Shown piece after piece: positions 26,900 to 38,636 of a stretch of DNA of 64,000 nt. Made by a program: the position numbers and the translations under genes. The notes under the pieces were generated by a model. It searched no databases. It saw nothing but the letters and a program-made list of their open reading frames with translations, and had not been told where the DNA came from. The stretch is from Lama glama. Its lineage: Eukaryota. The stretch lies in contig CM052816.1 in the NCBI GenBank assembly GCA_028534125.1, positions 46,316,001 to 46,380,000 on the forward strand, in the 5' to 3' direction. Each line of letters begins with the position of its first letter. Position 1 is the stretch's first letter.

Positions 26900-27350
26900 A
26901 CCACACACTCTAGCTATCACCAACTGACAATGGACTTGTAAACTCATATTCCACTAACATGGCCCACCCAAAACTGAATTCTTCCCTATAGAAACAGCTT
27001 CTACTCCAGTCCTTATTTTATTGCTATTAACCACGTCTTTCTCATTTTTCTGGACAAGAATTATTCAGCTCATATCTGACTCCAAATTCTTATTCATTCA
27101 CCTTTTTCATCCACACAATAATTTACAAAAATCTATAAATTTTTCTTTGCATGTTCTGCAGAATCCATTTCCTCCTTTCCATTCCAAATTCTATTGCTTT
27201 AGTTTAGAATCCTAAAATCTTGACCCTAAACTCCTGCCAATATTTTCCAAGCTTCTGTCTTTGCCTGTAAGATCTTTCTTTTTAAAGGTATTCTGCACAC
27301 TGTTGCCAAATTAATTTTCCTTAATATCACTGTCATCATACCACTTGTGT
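26900..27350 (+). mobile_element. L2 LINE fragment
   Basis: 'taacatggcccacccaaaactgaattctt', 'attctgcacactgttgccaaattaattttcc'. Confidence 0.6.
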
Positions 27351-27569
27351 GTCTGATAACTTGGAGACCTTGTAGTCCTAAGTTTTAGGTGTCCTAACTG
27401 TGTGACACTGGTTGTGTCTATGACTCTCTGGTCTCAGTTTCAAGTGTGAAAATGAAGGTGTTGGACTAGACAGTCTCAAAGTCCACACTACCATGTATGT
27501 TAATCGCAGGTTATGTAATCCAATGGGCCTCCTGCTCCTCCCACTATCTATAGCAGAAGCTCTCAAACT

Positions 27570-27990
27570 TTGTACAGAAGAGGTAATTGCTTTCTCATTA
27601 TTTTCTATTTGCTCCCTCCCATACATTCTTCATCCTCTGTACCCCATTCTGTGCTCCAGAAGGATGACCCCCATACAGTGCACCACCTCCCTTCCCCACT
27701 GGATTTGGCCAATGGGAGACACTGATAGGTGACAGACAGACAGAACAAGACAGATCAGAGTATTTTTCTCTAAGTCTTTTTCTGTTTGGGAATTACATCT
27801 TTAGCAGTAGTTTCATCTTTCTATGACTACAGTTAGGCCAGGCTACATAGATTCCAGATATGACTTATATCTGGCCACCTTCTCCTTAACACTGGTTTGT
27901 TGCATTAATCTTGCTCACACTTTTGCAAGTTGTCCCTTCATTAAAGTCTCTTCATTTGAATCATTTTTTCTGGGACTCTAATCAATATGT
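27570..27990 (+). mobile_element. Solo ERVL LTR (LTR33-like)
   Basis: 'ccattctgtgctccagaaggatgacc...ggatttggccaatgggagacact...gtcccttcattaaagtctcttca'. Confidence 0.7.
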
Positions 27991-27999
27991 GTGAAGAAG

Positions 28000-28115
28000 T
28001 TTTCTTTAGTACCAACGCTCAGACCTCAATCCAGACAAGTAGAATCAGAAACCCTGGGTGTGGGTCCCAGGGAGAAGTACATTATAAAAGCTCCTCCTGG
28101 TAGGTTATGAAGTCT
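28000..28115. mobile_element. MER5-like hAT relic
   Basis: 'gaatcagaaaccctgggtgtgggtcccagg...aaagctcctcctggta'. Confidence 0.55.
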
Positions 28116-28286
28116 AAATATTTTATATCCCATTCAAGGCTATGTGTAATCTGATACCAATCAATCTTTTCAGCCAAGCAGACATTACAGGAAAAAAAAA
28201 ATCTCTCACAACAAAACTTGGCTAGTTAATAATTTTGCCAATAGGATAATTTTAAAGAAGCATGGGCAAAAATCATAAACAAATAT

Positions 28287-28440
28287 GGGGGGAGGTTATA
28301 GCTCAGTGGCAGAGTACATGTAAAGCATGTATGAGGTCCTGGGTTCAATCCCCAGTACCCCTGTTAAGTAAATAAATAAATAAACCTAATTACCTCCCCC
28401 CAACAAACAAACAAAAAATAAATATAAATAAATATAATAT
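28287..28440 (+). mobile_element. Camelid-type tRNA-derived SINE (vic-1-like)
   Basis: 'ggggggaggttatagctcagtggcagag...gaggtcctgggttcaatccccagtacc'; Pol III A box 28299-28309 and B box 28342-28351; 'aaataaataaataaacctaattacctccccc' tail and A-rich end. Confidence 0.88.
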
Positions 28441-30227
28441 AAATTGGACCTATTGCTTACATGCTAAAAAAAATGTTTCCCAAATGGAACAATAACTAGA
28501 GTCAGGAGGAATTAATGTGACCACGAATTCTTCAAAGAGGTGACTTTAGAGTTAATGAAATACATTAAAAAGGGGAAATCGTTCAAGGTACCCTCTTAGG
28601 TATCCCATACCCTAGAAATTCAAAGTCTTAAAGCATCATTTTCACAATATGTCTATCAAGTATGTCTCTCTTTTCATTTGATCAGTTATTAAGAAATCTC
28701 ACACTTGACCTTCATTATCTTTCACTAGCACTGATGCCCGTTGGTTTACATGCTAACAAGCAGAAAAACAGACAAATGAGTTTGTGGTCAGGGTGAAGAG
28801 ATACCACCGTTCTTCAATTACACAGCAACTGGTGACGTTTGGGGTGAACATGTGGTAGTTAGTACCTTTAGTTATTTACAGATCTAGGATCCTAGGATGC
28901 ATTTAAGTCTTGACTGTCTAACAAGTAACTTCTTTTGTGTCTGTCATAAAAGCCTGTTTCAACTCCTCTGATCTCAGCTGGGTAGCCTCTATTAACCCCT
29001 GTTGAGAAGTGGTTTCAAATCAGCAGGTCAACCCAATCTGTTGAAGATAGAGCCACGTATTCAATAGTTAGAGTGCCAACTACAAGCAACCAGCACAGCA
29101 TAATGTCTGGAGCTGGTCATTAAAACTGTTTTACTAGATGTGGTCTTTAGTGGAGTCAGTAACATCACTGGTAAAATGTGCATTTGTGGCAACTGTATAA
29201 TTTATTTACTCCAGATCTATATACAGAATAGCTGCTTGAGAATTGAATGTCTGATTGCAATTTCTTCTGGCATCACTGTCTCTATCTGTGTTTGGTTTAG
29301 GGCGGGGCAGAGAATACGATGGTGATGACAGCTATGAGTAATTTACCTGGAGCCCCGCAGCTCATATCATCATTGGTTTTTATTGTTCACAAACAGAACA
29401 GATCCTGGCTGAAAAACTCAGTCACTTTAATTTCAATGCCTAAAAGAAGAGGCAAATGGATGTCAGTTTTAGTTTTAGTACTTTGCCAGAAGAACTAAAT
29501 TATTCCAGCTAGTGAGATATTTTCTAGGGATGCCATCTCTTGCATAAAGGAGAGCAAGATGGTAATGTTTGATTCACTAGGTCTGAAATTTTTAACCTTA
29601 GCCAGTTTGGTCAAGTGTGAAAATGTAAAACACTTCTCAGGAAAAGAATTATTTGATTCATAGGGTATCTTTCCTCCAACCTGAAACCTGCAGTTTATAT
29701 TTATCAGGATGTTTTAAGTTGTCATGAGTACCCAACTGTGAATCAGGTGGTGACTTTGCGGTGACTGAAACATTCTTTAAGGACTTTCATTCCTCTGGTT
29801 ATAGTCAGATGAGGAAAAACCGTGTTCTCTCTTCAATCAGTTCCGAGGTCCAAACTATTTAGTGTCTAAGTAAGGTTGTGTCCTGTGGAAGATATTTCTT
29901 CATGCTAGACTTACTGTTCATTACACAGGAAGATTACAAAACCGTGTAAATGAGCAGTGACAGGGGAAAAAAGCCTTTCTCAGTCAGTCAGAATGTATGT
30001 TTATACTACAATCAAGACACTTGAGCCGCCTTAGTATGAAACAAAATCTCGGGAGGTACTGTGGGTCTTGGAAGGGATAGCGTGACTATGTCATTAGGAA
30101 ACCATATATATATATTTTTTTCGCTCCTTGAATTCTTTAACCAAAAAAAAAAAAAAAGGCTTTTGGCAGAAAGAAGAATAGTGTGTCTTCTAAACACTAA
30201 AAAAATTCTCTCCGAGGCCTTTCCAAG

Positions 30228-30357
30228 ATGTTTTGGATGGCTCTGTGCCTCTCACTCTCTGGCAGCCTGCCCCTCCATCAGTGTTGCAGAAGGTCAATAA
30301 ACCCAGTGCAGGGGGGCACTGTGGAGGGCGTGTGTGAGAAGGCCTGCTGTTGTTGCG
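30228..30357 (+). other. Candidate first exon (unidentified gene or lncRNA) ending in a strong splice donor
   Basis: ATG with A at -3, 43 open codons ending KACCCC, then GCG|gtaagt; no recognisable repeat nearby and CpGs locally retained. Confidence 0.35.
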
Positions 30358-32021
30358 GTAAGTGCAGTGTCCGCAGGTTCATTAGGAATGCATTTGTTCC
30401 TGGAAGGGCCGGCTATTCCGGTAACTGGCTGCCGCCAATGTTTTTAACCATATTCTCCACTTTTATGCAGACGTTACAGGGCAGAAAACCAGTCTTCTGT
30501 TCTCACTGCCTGCATCAATTTGTAGTTTGTTACTTGATCGGCTCGTTTTACCTTCCGTCTGGTGTAAAGGGCAGTCTGGGACACTGCAGTTATGTCTGGG
30601 GCCTTCTTATTAGACTTTATGATGAAAAGGGGCTCTCCAGGGTAAGGAAAACTCTGAATCTACTTATTCCTCTCTAAAGAAAATAACGGGCATGAGAAGG
30701 AGCTGAAAAGTTGCAGGCAGTGTGGAAACTAGAGGAAAATAACAACTCCACCTCCCAGGTGTTCTCATACACCACAATAGGAAAAGCATTTTAATTTGTG
30801 ATGCCACTAACATGGTAGTAATTATTTTATTAAGGGTTTTCTTTTTCTGAGAAAGTGAGAAAACATCTCCATTCTTTTTAGGCAACACTTTTGTAAGCTA
30901 GCCCTCTGAGTGTCAGTAATACTAACACTGCTTGGAATCTATAAGGAGAAATTGGAAAAGGTAAAATGAAGTTGTATGCTAAAAATCCAGGATTGTGTGG
31001 GCATAGACGCGAAACCAAACATCACTACTTTTAACCTGATCTGACTGCTACAATGAGAGGAGAAAACACTAAATAAAAATGGGATCACTGCCTTTTTCTC
31101 TGAAGACAGCTCTGGTCTGGCTTTCTTGAAGTAATGTCACCTTAAGGGGGTGACAACATTGAACTTCCTGTGATAACAGTATCTGACACAACATGGCTTC
31201 AGCTGACTTGTAACTGGCGTGTTAGAACTCGTGAGAAGTGCGAGGCCCTTCCATCACGAATGAAACACATCTGTCCAGGAAATACACTTCACTGTGCCAA
31301 AATGCTTTTAGTGTATCTGCCCCCTGAGTGCCCTCTCAAGCTACAGTTCCCTGTCAGCAAGTACCTTGTAATTCCTTTCCTTTTATGTTGATGAAAGTCT
31401 TGATCTATTATGCCAATATTGCATACTTTCCACAGTCTCCCAGAAACTATTACTCAGTCATGTGCACAGGAGATCATGCTCTGTTACTCAGACAACCAGT
31501 CTCAGCAAAGAACATCAGCCCTCACACAGAAGCAGCAGCTAGATTGCTGGGCTTTCTAATGTGGCTCAAGTTCCACTTTGGGAAAGAAATAAAAGAGAAA
31601 AGAGAAGGCCAGCGGTGAGGTTAGACACTACAGAAGATAATGCCCTGCTTTTAGAGGGAGCCAAGAGGAGTGACTCAAGGAGGGATCTGACTTGCTTCAT
31701 TCTCCACCCTAGTGGGTTCTGACTGTATCCAGTGAGTTCGGGTTAGGATGAGTCAGAGCTGGAGATCCCCCTGGGGTTTCAGGTCCATTAGCAGTAGCAA
31801 CAGAGCCTCAGAATGAAGCCTGGATAACCCCTACCTCCGTTCTGGAGAAAATCATAGGAGCCCAGGTTGTCTCTATGTTTTAAATGCCTCAGGGATTCAG
31901 AAGTCATCTTTATGTTCAGGAGTTTGGGGATTAGCAAACTTTTCTCTGGAAAAGTCACTAGAAGGGACTCAGGTTAAGAGCAATTCTAAGCTGCACTGAT
32001 TTTCACCCAGACTGTAGTGCC

Positions 32022-32150
32022 AGAGAGATGAAGAAATCGATTCTGAGAGGTCCAACAACTTGCTGCAGGTTAGAGAACTACTAGGTTGCAGAGCAGTGAT
32101 TCAAACCAGGCAGCCTGGCTCAAAGTCCCTGCTCCTAACCACTGCACTCT
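32022..32150 (-). mobile_element. MIR SINE
   Basis: 'gatgaagaaatcgattctgagaggtccaacaacttgc...gattcaaaccaggcagcctggctcaaagtccctgctcctaaccactgcact'. Confidence 0.75.
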
Positions 32151-33349
32151 CACATTCCATGATCATTAAACACACACAGAAATGCTGTTGGTTAAATGAC
32201 CACTAAGGTCACAGTACACTGATGATAAAAACAAGGAGACAATCCATCCACTTCTGAATCCCTGACCACTTGTGGTTAGGCCTCTGAAACACAGCCAAAT
32301 GGGAGCTGAGAAATGTCCATCAGCTCTTCTATAGCCCAAGCTAGCCTGGACAATATCCAGCCCTTTGAATGTGGCTTTTTTTAGGTTAATTATTTAATCT
32401 TTTGTTCTTCTACTATACAATGAAAACAAAACAAAGCTTTATATTCCAAATTTTCTATATTGGTATCTCGGATCCTATATTTTATACCCAGAACCCACTC
32501 AAAAGGAAGATGATATTTTTGAAGGCAGCACTAAAGTTTCATCAGCATTTTTGCTTTGTGATAAGATGACACACTGAAAAAAACCTGCTTTATTATAGAA
32601 GTCCTCAACAGTTGCAAAAGTTTCAAGTCATGGTCCTCACTGGATGTTTCTCAATGAATAATACAGGGTTTGCATTAGACCTTTTAGCCTCCATATCCCA
32701 GGCATTGCGAGAGAAGGATAATAAATCCCATGGCACAGGTGTAATTCAGGTTTTCATCTCCATATTCATATGATTGTTTAATATTAATTGAAAAGCACTA
32801 TTTGTTGGAGGCCCAAGTCAGCCAAACATTTAAAGTAATTCCCCTCAGTAGAAATTCCAGTTTGTAAGAATAACTTGGCAAATAATTTGTAAGTTACATT
32901 CTTAAGTGATCAGCATGCCATCTAAGGAAATGTCGAAGTAGGTATGCTTTTTTAAAGAAGGAGCACAAAAAGGTTCCAATACAATTTATTATGAGACAAA
33001 AGTCGTAGGTGGAAAAAATCCTTAATATTATTCTTCAGGTAGATGTAACAGATAGAAAAGCACTCCATTTAAAATATGTCATTGAAGGAGTGATTTAATT
33101 ATCCATTTTGGCTTCAGAATCATGTGTTCAAGCTTCGTAACCTTTTGATTAAAATACTCCCGCCACTTACATAGTGGTTTGGGGGCTGTTTTTAACAGTT
33201 AGAAACAAGAAGCCACATGAAGATTTAAGTCACCATAAAGTAAGATGTGGCCTATTGTCTTTTTGTTGTGACCCTAATTCTTTTATCTTTTTAATTCAAA
33301 TATGTATAAATACATGTGTAACTAGATATGTAGTTACATAATCTGTAGC

Positions 33350-34130
33350 TGTACAGATCAATTACTGACCAGGGTACTACTTCAAGCACTGCAGGCTGAA
33401 TAAGGCATAGCCCCAGACCTTAAGAAATTTGTATTTTAATGGGAAAAATAAGAGATGTGTAAGAGTAACTCTTATGAAGGAAGTATGTGATAATTAAGGG
33501 TTGATAATGTCAACTATATATTTGAAAAATTCAAAAGAAGGAGCGATTTCATCTATTTAAGACATCAAAATGCTTCAGGGAGCGAACCCATCTGAGAAGC
33601 CCTTTGAGGGGGGATGGATGGGAAGCTCAAAGTGGGCGTGGAAAGAGGTTCCAGGAAGGAAGAAAGGCCAAGGCTTGAACATTAGAAACAATCCAAAAGC
33701 CAAAAATGAAGCATGGCATCAATAGGAAAAACAGTGGTGAGACAACTTTAACAGAAGCATAGTGTGCCTTAAAAGGTTACGGCAAGAAACATGGACTGAA
33801 CATCAAAATGAAGAGTTACGCTGGATTTCATCTGCTATCTTAAAAGACCAATCGAAGAGGGTCACTGAGTAACTGGAGCTACCCTTTATGCAAGTATGCC
33901 AGGAAGTGATTTGCAAGACGCATAAATGAGAAGACTAGGGATAGCAGAGCCCAATCAGGGGCACCTGCACATGGGGGCGTTAAACTGGGGTAACATGATG
34001 AACCCGCAAGGCCTAGAAGGGCAGCAGCAGGAATGGAGCAAAAGAGAGGATTTGTGATTCACTGCTGAGAAGAATTTCTAGAATTTGTCATCTAATTAGA
34101 TTTGCAACCTGGGTTAAGAATTCTGAATTC
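33350..34130 (-). mobile_element. L2 LINE fragment
   Basis: 'tgaataaggcatagccccagaccttaagaaattt', 'ggcagcagcaggaatggagcaaaagagagga'. Confidence 0.6.
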
Positions 34131-36022
34131 TTAAAACTTTTTAAAGCCTTGATTTGTAGGAGAAGCATCCCAAGAAGTACTGATGCAAAAAAAGATGAAC
34201 CTAATATTAGGCATCTATTTATCAGAGGCTACAGGCAGTTTAATATGTGAGGCTGTTAAAGCAACCTCTTAAACCCCCCCAGCATACTCACCAAAGTAGA
34301 CAGGCAGTTTGAAATCACCAGAGCAGATGCATTTGCTATGACCAGGACTACTACTAAAAATATCCTCCAGGTTTTTTTGTTCCAGATGAAAGTGCTACTT
34401 GGGTAAATATGGGCTTTCAAGTTGAAGGTGCTACTACTGTTACTTAGATGTGTTCTTATTTGAGTGTTACTTCCTGTGGCGTGAGTGTTCCGCTGATAAT
34501 ACTAGCACGTTCTGTGGCCCTTCACTGAGATGGGGCGAAGAGTCTTATAGCCAAGACTGACAAGGCTTGTGGCTTTCCAAGTTAAGGTCAAAAAGAGTAC
34601 AGCATTGTGTTGTGCCACTCTTTCTGACAGTCTCAACAGAGCAGGCCCCCATCACTTACTGCTGTCACTTCTGAGTGATTGACAGCTGTACCACTCAGTC
34701 TGCCCTCTGACTCCAGTATGGTGTAAGTGCTGGTGATCTTGTATCCCACAGACCTGGATTCTAATTCCATTCTAGTTATATTGGTCACAAATTCATCTAG
34801 CCTAGGGTGGAATAATTTCTACTTTAGAAATCCAGGCTGCAGAAATCCTACCACTGGTAGTTATTTAGTTGTGTAAATTTAAAATGAATTCTTGGCAACT
34901 ACTAAAATGGGCATTCAACAGTACAGCTACATCCTTATCTCCCATCCCTCTTGCTATTCATCCTAATTATTAATAACAGTTAAATTTCCCAACCTATCAC
35001 ACTGGTAATAGATTTGATGATTCCAATAATTGATGTAGTCAGGTCTGAGGACTCACCAGAAACATAAAGAACAATTTTATCCTCAGATGGTTTATTGTCC
35101 AGGCAGAGAAAGAGAAAAACATACCTTTTTGGAGTTTTGGGTTTTCTTTTTTTTTTGGCCCACAAATTTGAGAAGCTATCTTATCTATTAAGTGTTCAAT
35201 GAAGCCTTAAGACAATATAGGTTATCTTGCAACATAAACTCATGGATGAACTTCCTGAATATTATTTATGAGAGCATTTTTGATAGTCTTTAGCCAGATT
35301 TCGAATGCTTCATTTATTTGCTCTCATAAATCCCCACAAAACTGAAACATCAATCTCTGGACAGTTGTTTCTGGAGTTTTCACGTTACCATTTAAATATG
35401 GGGAATAAATGGCCATAGAAGTAAGGGGTAAAGCTGATCAATAACATGTGTCTAAAGAAGATATTCTGCTTTGGGCATGGAGTGAAATAATAGGATGGTC
35501 ACAATCTCTCATTTGATCATAACACGAAGAACCCCTTCAGGAGAAAAAAATTCCTATTCACAACTGAAATTTTTATGACAAGGACTCAAGATAGCTCAAG
35601 CAAAAGAATGGTCATTATGCCCTCTATATAACCAAAAATAAAATGGAGCTGGACCTCTGTCTACTTTCTGGAACTTGTTCCTCTGGCACTTTGGTCCACA
35701 CTTAGGAACTCTGAAGGTACTGCACTCATAGATTATATTTTTATCACTATTTATCAATAATTAACTCCTAATTAATGGTTTTAATTTAAGTAATTATAAA
35801 ATACTCTTTTCTCCCTCCCCCATTTTACAAAGAATTAGAGCTGAGGATGTTAAATAGTTTCGAGGTACAATCAGGAAGTGGCTTTATTGTTTTACAGCTG
35901 TTGCCTTTTAATATACTATGAGAGATCTATTTTCTGTGCTCCCTGATAATAACTTGGGCCTAAATCAGATTTCCAGTAACTTTCAGTTACAGGAACACCC
36001 ATATTACAATGATGATAATGCT

Positions 36023-36122
36023 GGAAGGAAGGAAGGAAGGAAGGAAGGAAGGAAGAAAGGAAGGAAGAAAGGAAGGCAGGCAGGCAGGCAGGCAGGCAGG
36101 CAAGTACATAGATGGATGGATG
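36023..36122 (+). repeat. Compound microsatellite (GGAA)n(GGCA)n(GATG)n
   Basis: Directly visible tandem tetramers. Confidence 0.95.
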
Positions 36123-38552
36123 ACAGGTAAATATTGGACTTCTAAAAGTCTAGCCTCTAATAATAAAAGCATCAATCTCATGTGCAATTCACAGCTCTTA
36201 TTCTCTCTCCTGTAAGTTTTAAATGTCTTGCAAAGATAATGAAGACTAAGCTTCGGGGCCCTGAACTCTCAGGGGCTCCTTACAAACACATGATTCTGTA
36301 TTCTCCTCTTTAAAGGAGGTTCCCTGAATTGTGTAAGACCCTATAAAAACCTAGATTTCCCTGTCCTGGCAATTTATGCCTGAAGAATGTGTGGGAAGGA
36401 GTGAGGGAGCTAATCTATTCTTTAATAGTTCTTTTCTCCCTCACTCGTTTCTACCCCTCGCTCCCCCATAGTTAGAGCAGACGAGGAGGGCTTATAAGAA
36501 AGAAGCACTTATTAGCAACTGTTGGCAGTTCCCTCCCGGCTGTAGATGACCTCTCTGGGATGAGCATGTAAACACTGGCTGTCTCCTGATGCCGACTTAC
36601 CTGACACGGGCAATGCTCTCTCTAGATGACCTCAGATGGCTTCCTACAAACCACCTCTCTTCTAATTCCTCAGCCCTGCAAGTCCACCCCACCAGAGGCT
36701 CTTCTGCACAACTGTCAGGCCAGCCTCCTGGGTGTTGGGGCCTTTAGATAGCTCGGGTCTCATCACCGGTTATGACATCTACCGAGCCCACAAAAATCCT
36801 CCACAGCCTCACCTAATGGTAGCTGTACAGGATGTGTGCTGCTGCCCTTCCTGTCCTTCACATCTCTCCAACCATCTCTCTATCTGCTCCAGGAACATCA
36901 AGGCACAGATCACTCAGTCTGATGCGTAGGCAAATATCCATCAATAAATTAAATGCCAGTCTCTCTCTCTGAAAAACACCCATTTCAACCTCTGAGTGAT
37001 TTCTTTGGAGCCCCTTCCACTTGGCTGAGTGAGGAGACAGTAGGCAATTTCTCCCTGGTTAAAGACTTCTACTCTTACAAATTCTACTACATGAACCGCT
37101 CTTCTTGAATTTTTAGTCTTATCATTATAAAGCCTGGTTGGAATAATGGAGGTGACTGTGAAGGACAGATCTGACCACTTCTTTAGCAGTCTTAGAGATG
37201 GTTATTTGGGAGCTACTTGTTTCATTCTTTAGACTATAGTGTTATTTATCAATTATCAGCCTTGAGGTTTTAACTAAAATACTGAGATAAAAGGAAGAGT
37301 CTCACTCAGATACTCATTATACAAGCTCTTCTTAAATAAAACTTTTATTAAAAAGTTTATAAACCTTAAAAAAAAAAGCTTATGGCAGAGTGGGGCTCAG
37401 TTGCAGCCAGTCTGAGGACTCACCCAGCCGCTCACTGACTAACCCTTCCATGGACACCAGTTAGTGTCTTCACTGTACCAGACACTGAGCAACACATACA
37501 CAAGTGCGCATGGGTCATCCCAACTCCTGCCGTCTCTTTCTGCTCTTACTTCCTGCCACCAGACTATAGAAGTCTACAAGGAGGAACTCTGTTAAGTGAA
37601 ACATTGTGCTCTGCTACCTGCAATGGTGTAAATGATGCCAGTAACTAAAATCAGAAAATACAGAGAAAGGAGTAAGTTGCGGGTGAAGGTGAAGTGTTAT
37701 TTGTAGGACTGATAATGATAATGACCAACACATTATCGTGTAGAATGATACACAAATAGAAGAGTTCACTCAATCATTGGAAAAAAAGAATTCATTGAAC
37801 ATTCCCTCTGTACCAGGTTCTATGCTAGATAGTACTCTCATACTGTTTCTCAACAGCAATCTAAAATATTATCTGTGGTTAACACACACACAATTTTGAA
37901 CGTACAACAAACACCACACTTCATGTATCATCAGTTGTGGGCATAAAGAGCAGAACTGGACAGGTCTGTATGTATAATGCATTCCACTTGGGGATTTCAC
38001 AAAACATGGCATTAGGAAATTTGAACAACATAATGAATCCAAATATATCAGACAACTCATTCTCTGTGATAACTGTGATGAGAAATTCATTTGAAGTTCA
38101 TCTATTGCCAAATAATTTTCCAACGCATTTTGTCGATAACTCACTCAGTAAATTAGACATCAGCTTTTGAAGTACTGTAACTTAGTTCAAACAACTGCAG
38201 CAAGTGCTATCTCTGTTGCTCATTACTCTCTATTCAGGTTTATACTCTTTGTGGCACATAGTAAGTGCTCATTAAATATTTACTGATGGAATCAGTGTAT
38301 AAGGGAGTGAATGAACAGTATCTTCATCAGCCAGAGCAAACTTGAGGTTTTATTGGTAAAACAGGCAGAGAGGGACTTAATCATAACTTGGTAAGTACAC
38401 TTACTATTTCTTGGCATGGTTACCACTATTCACAGGATTACATACATATTTCATCTAATTCTCAGCCTCTTCTGAGGCTTGTGACTCTACATCACCCAAG
38501 CTTATGTTCTCTCAAAATGGACTAGTAACATTCCTGGAAAAGGTGCCAAAGC

Positions 38553-38636
38553 AAAAAAAAAAAAAAAAAAAAAAAACAAAACCAAAAAACAAACAAACAA
38601 AACTCAAAAAAACCAAAACAAAAAAACATAAAAAAG
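38553..38636 (+). repeat. A-rich tract: pure A run followed by (C)An units
   Basis: Directly visible. Confidence 0.9.

Noticed and set aside
28287..28362. Functional tRNA gene
   Set aside because: It has a SINE-specific tail and A-rich end, no oligo-T terminator, and mismatched stems; it is a SINE head
30358..30677. Full 149-aa single-exon CDS 30228-30677
   Set aside because: No recognisable domain; the sequence after the consensus donor at 30358 is better read as intron
35918..36215. RKEG/LPSF repeat proteins
   Set aside because: These are translations of the GGAA/GGCA microsatellite
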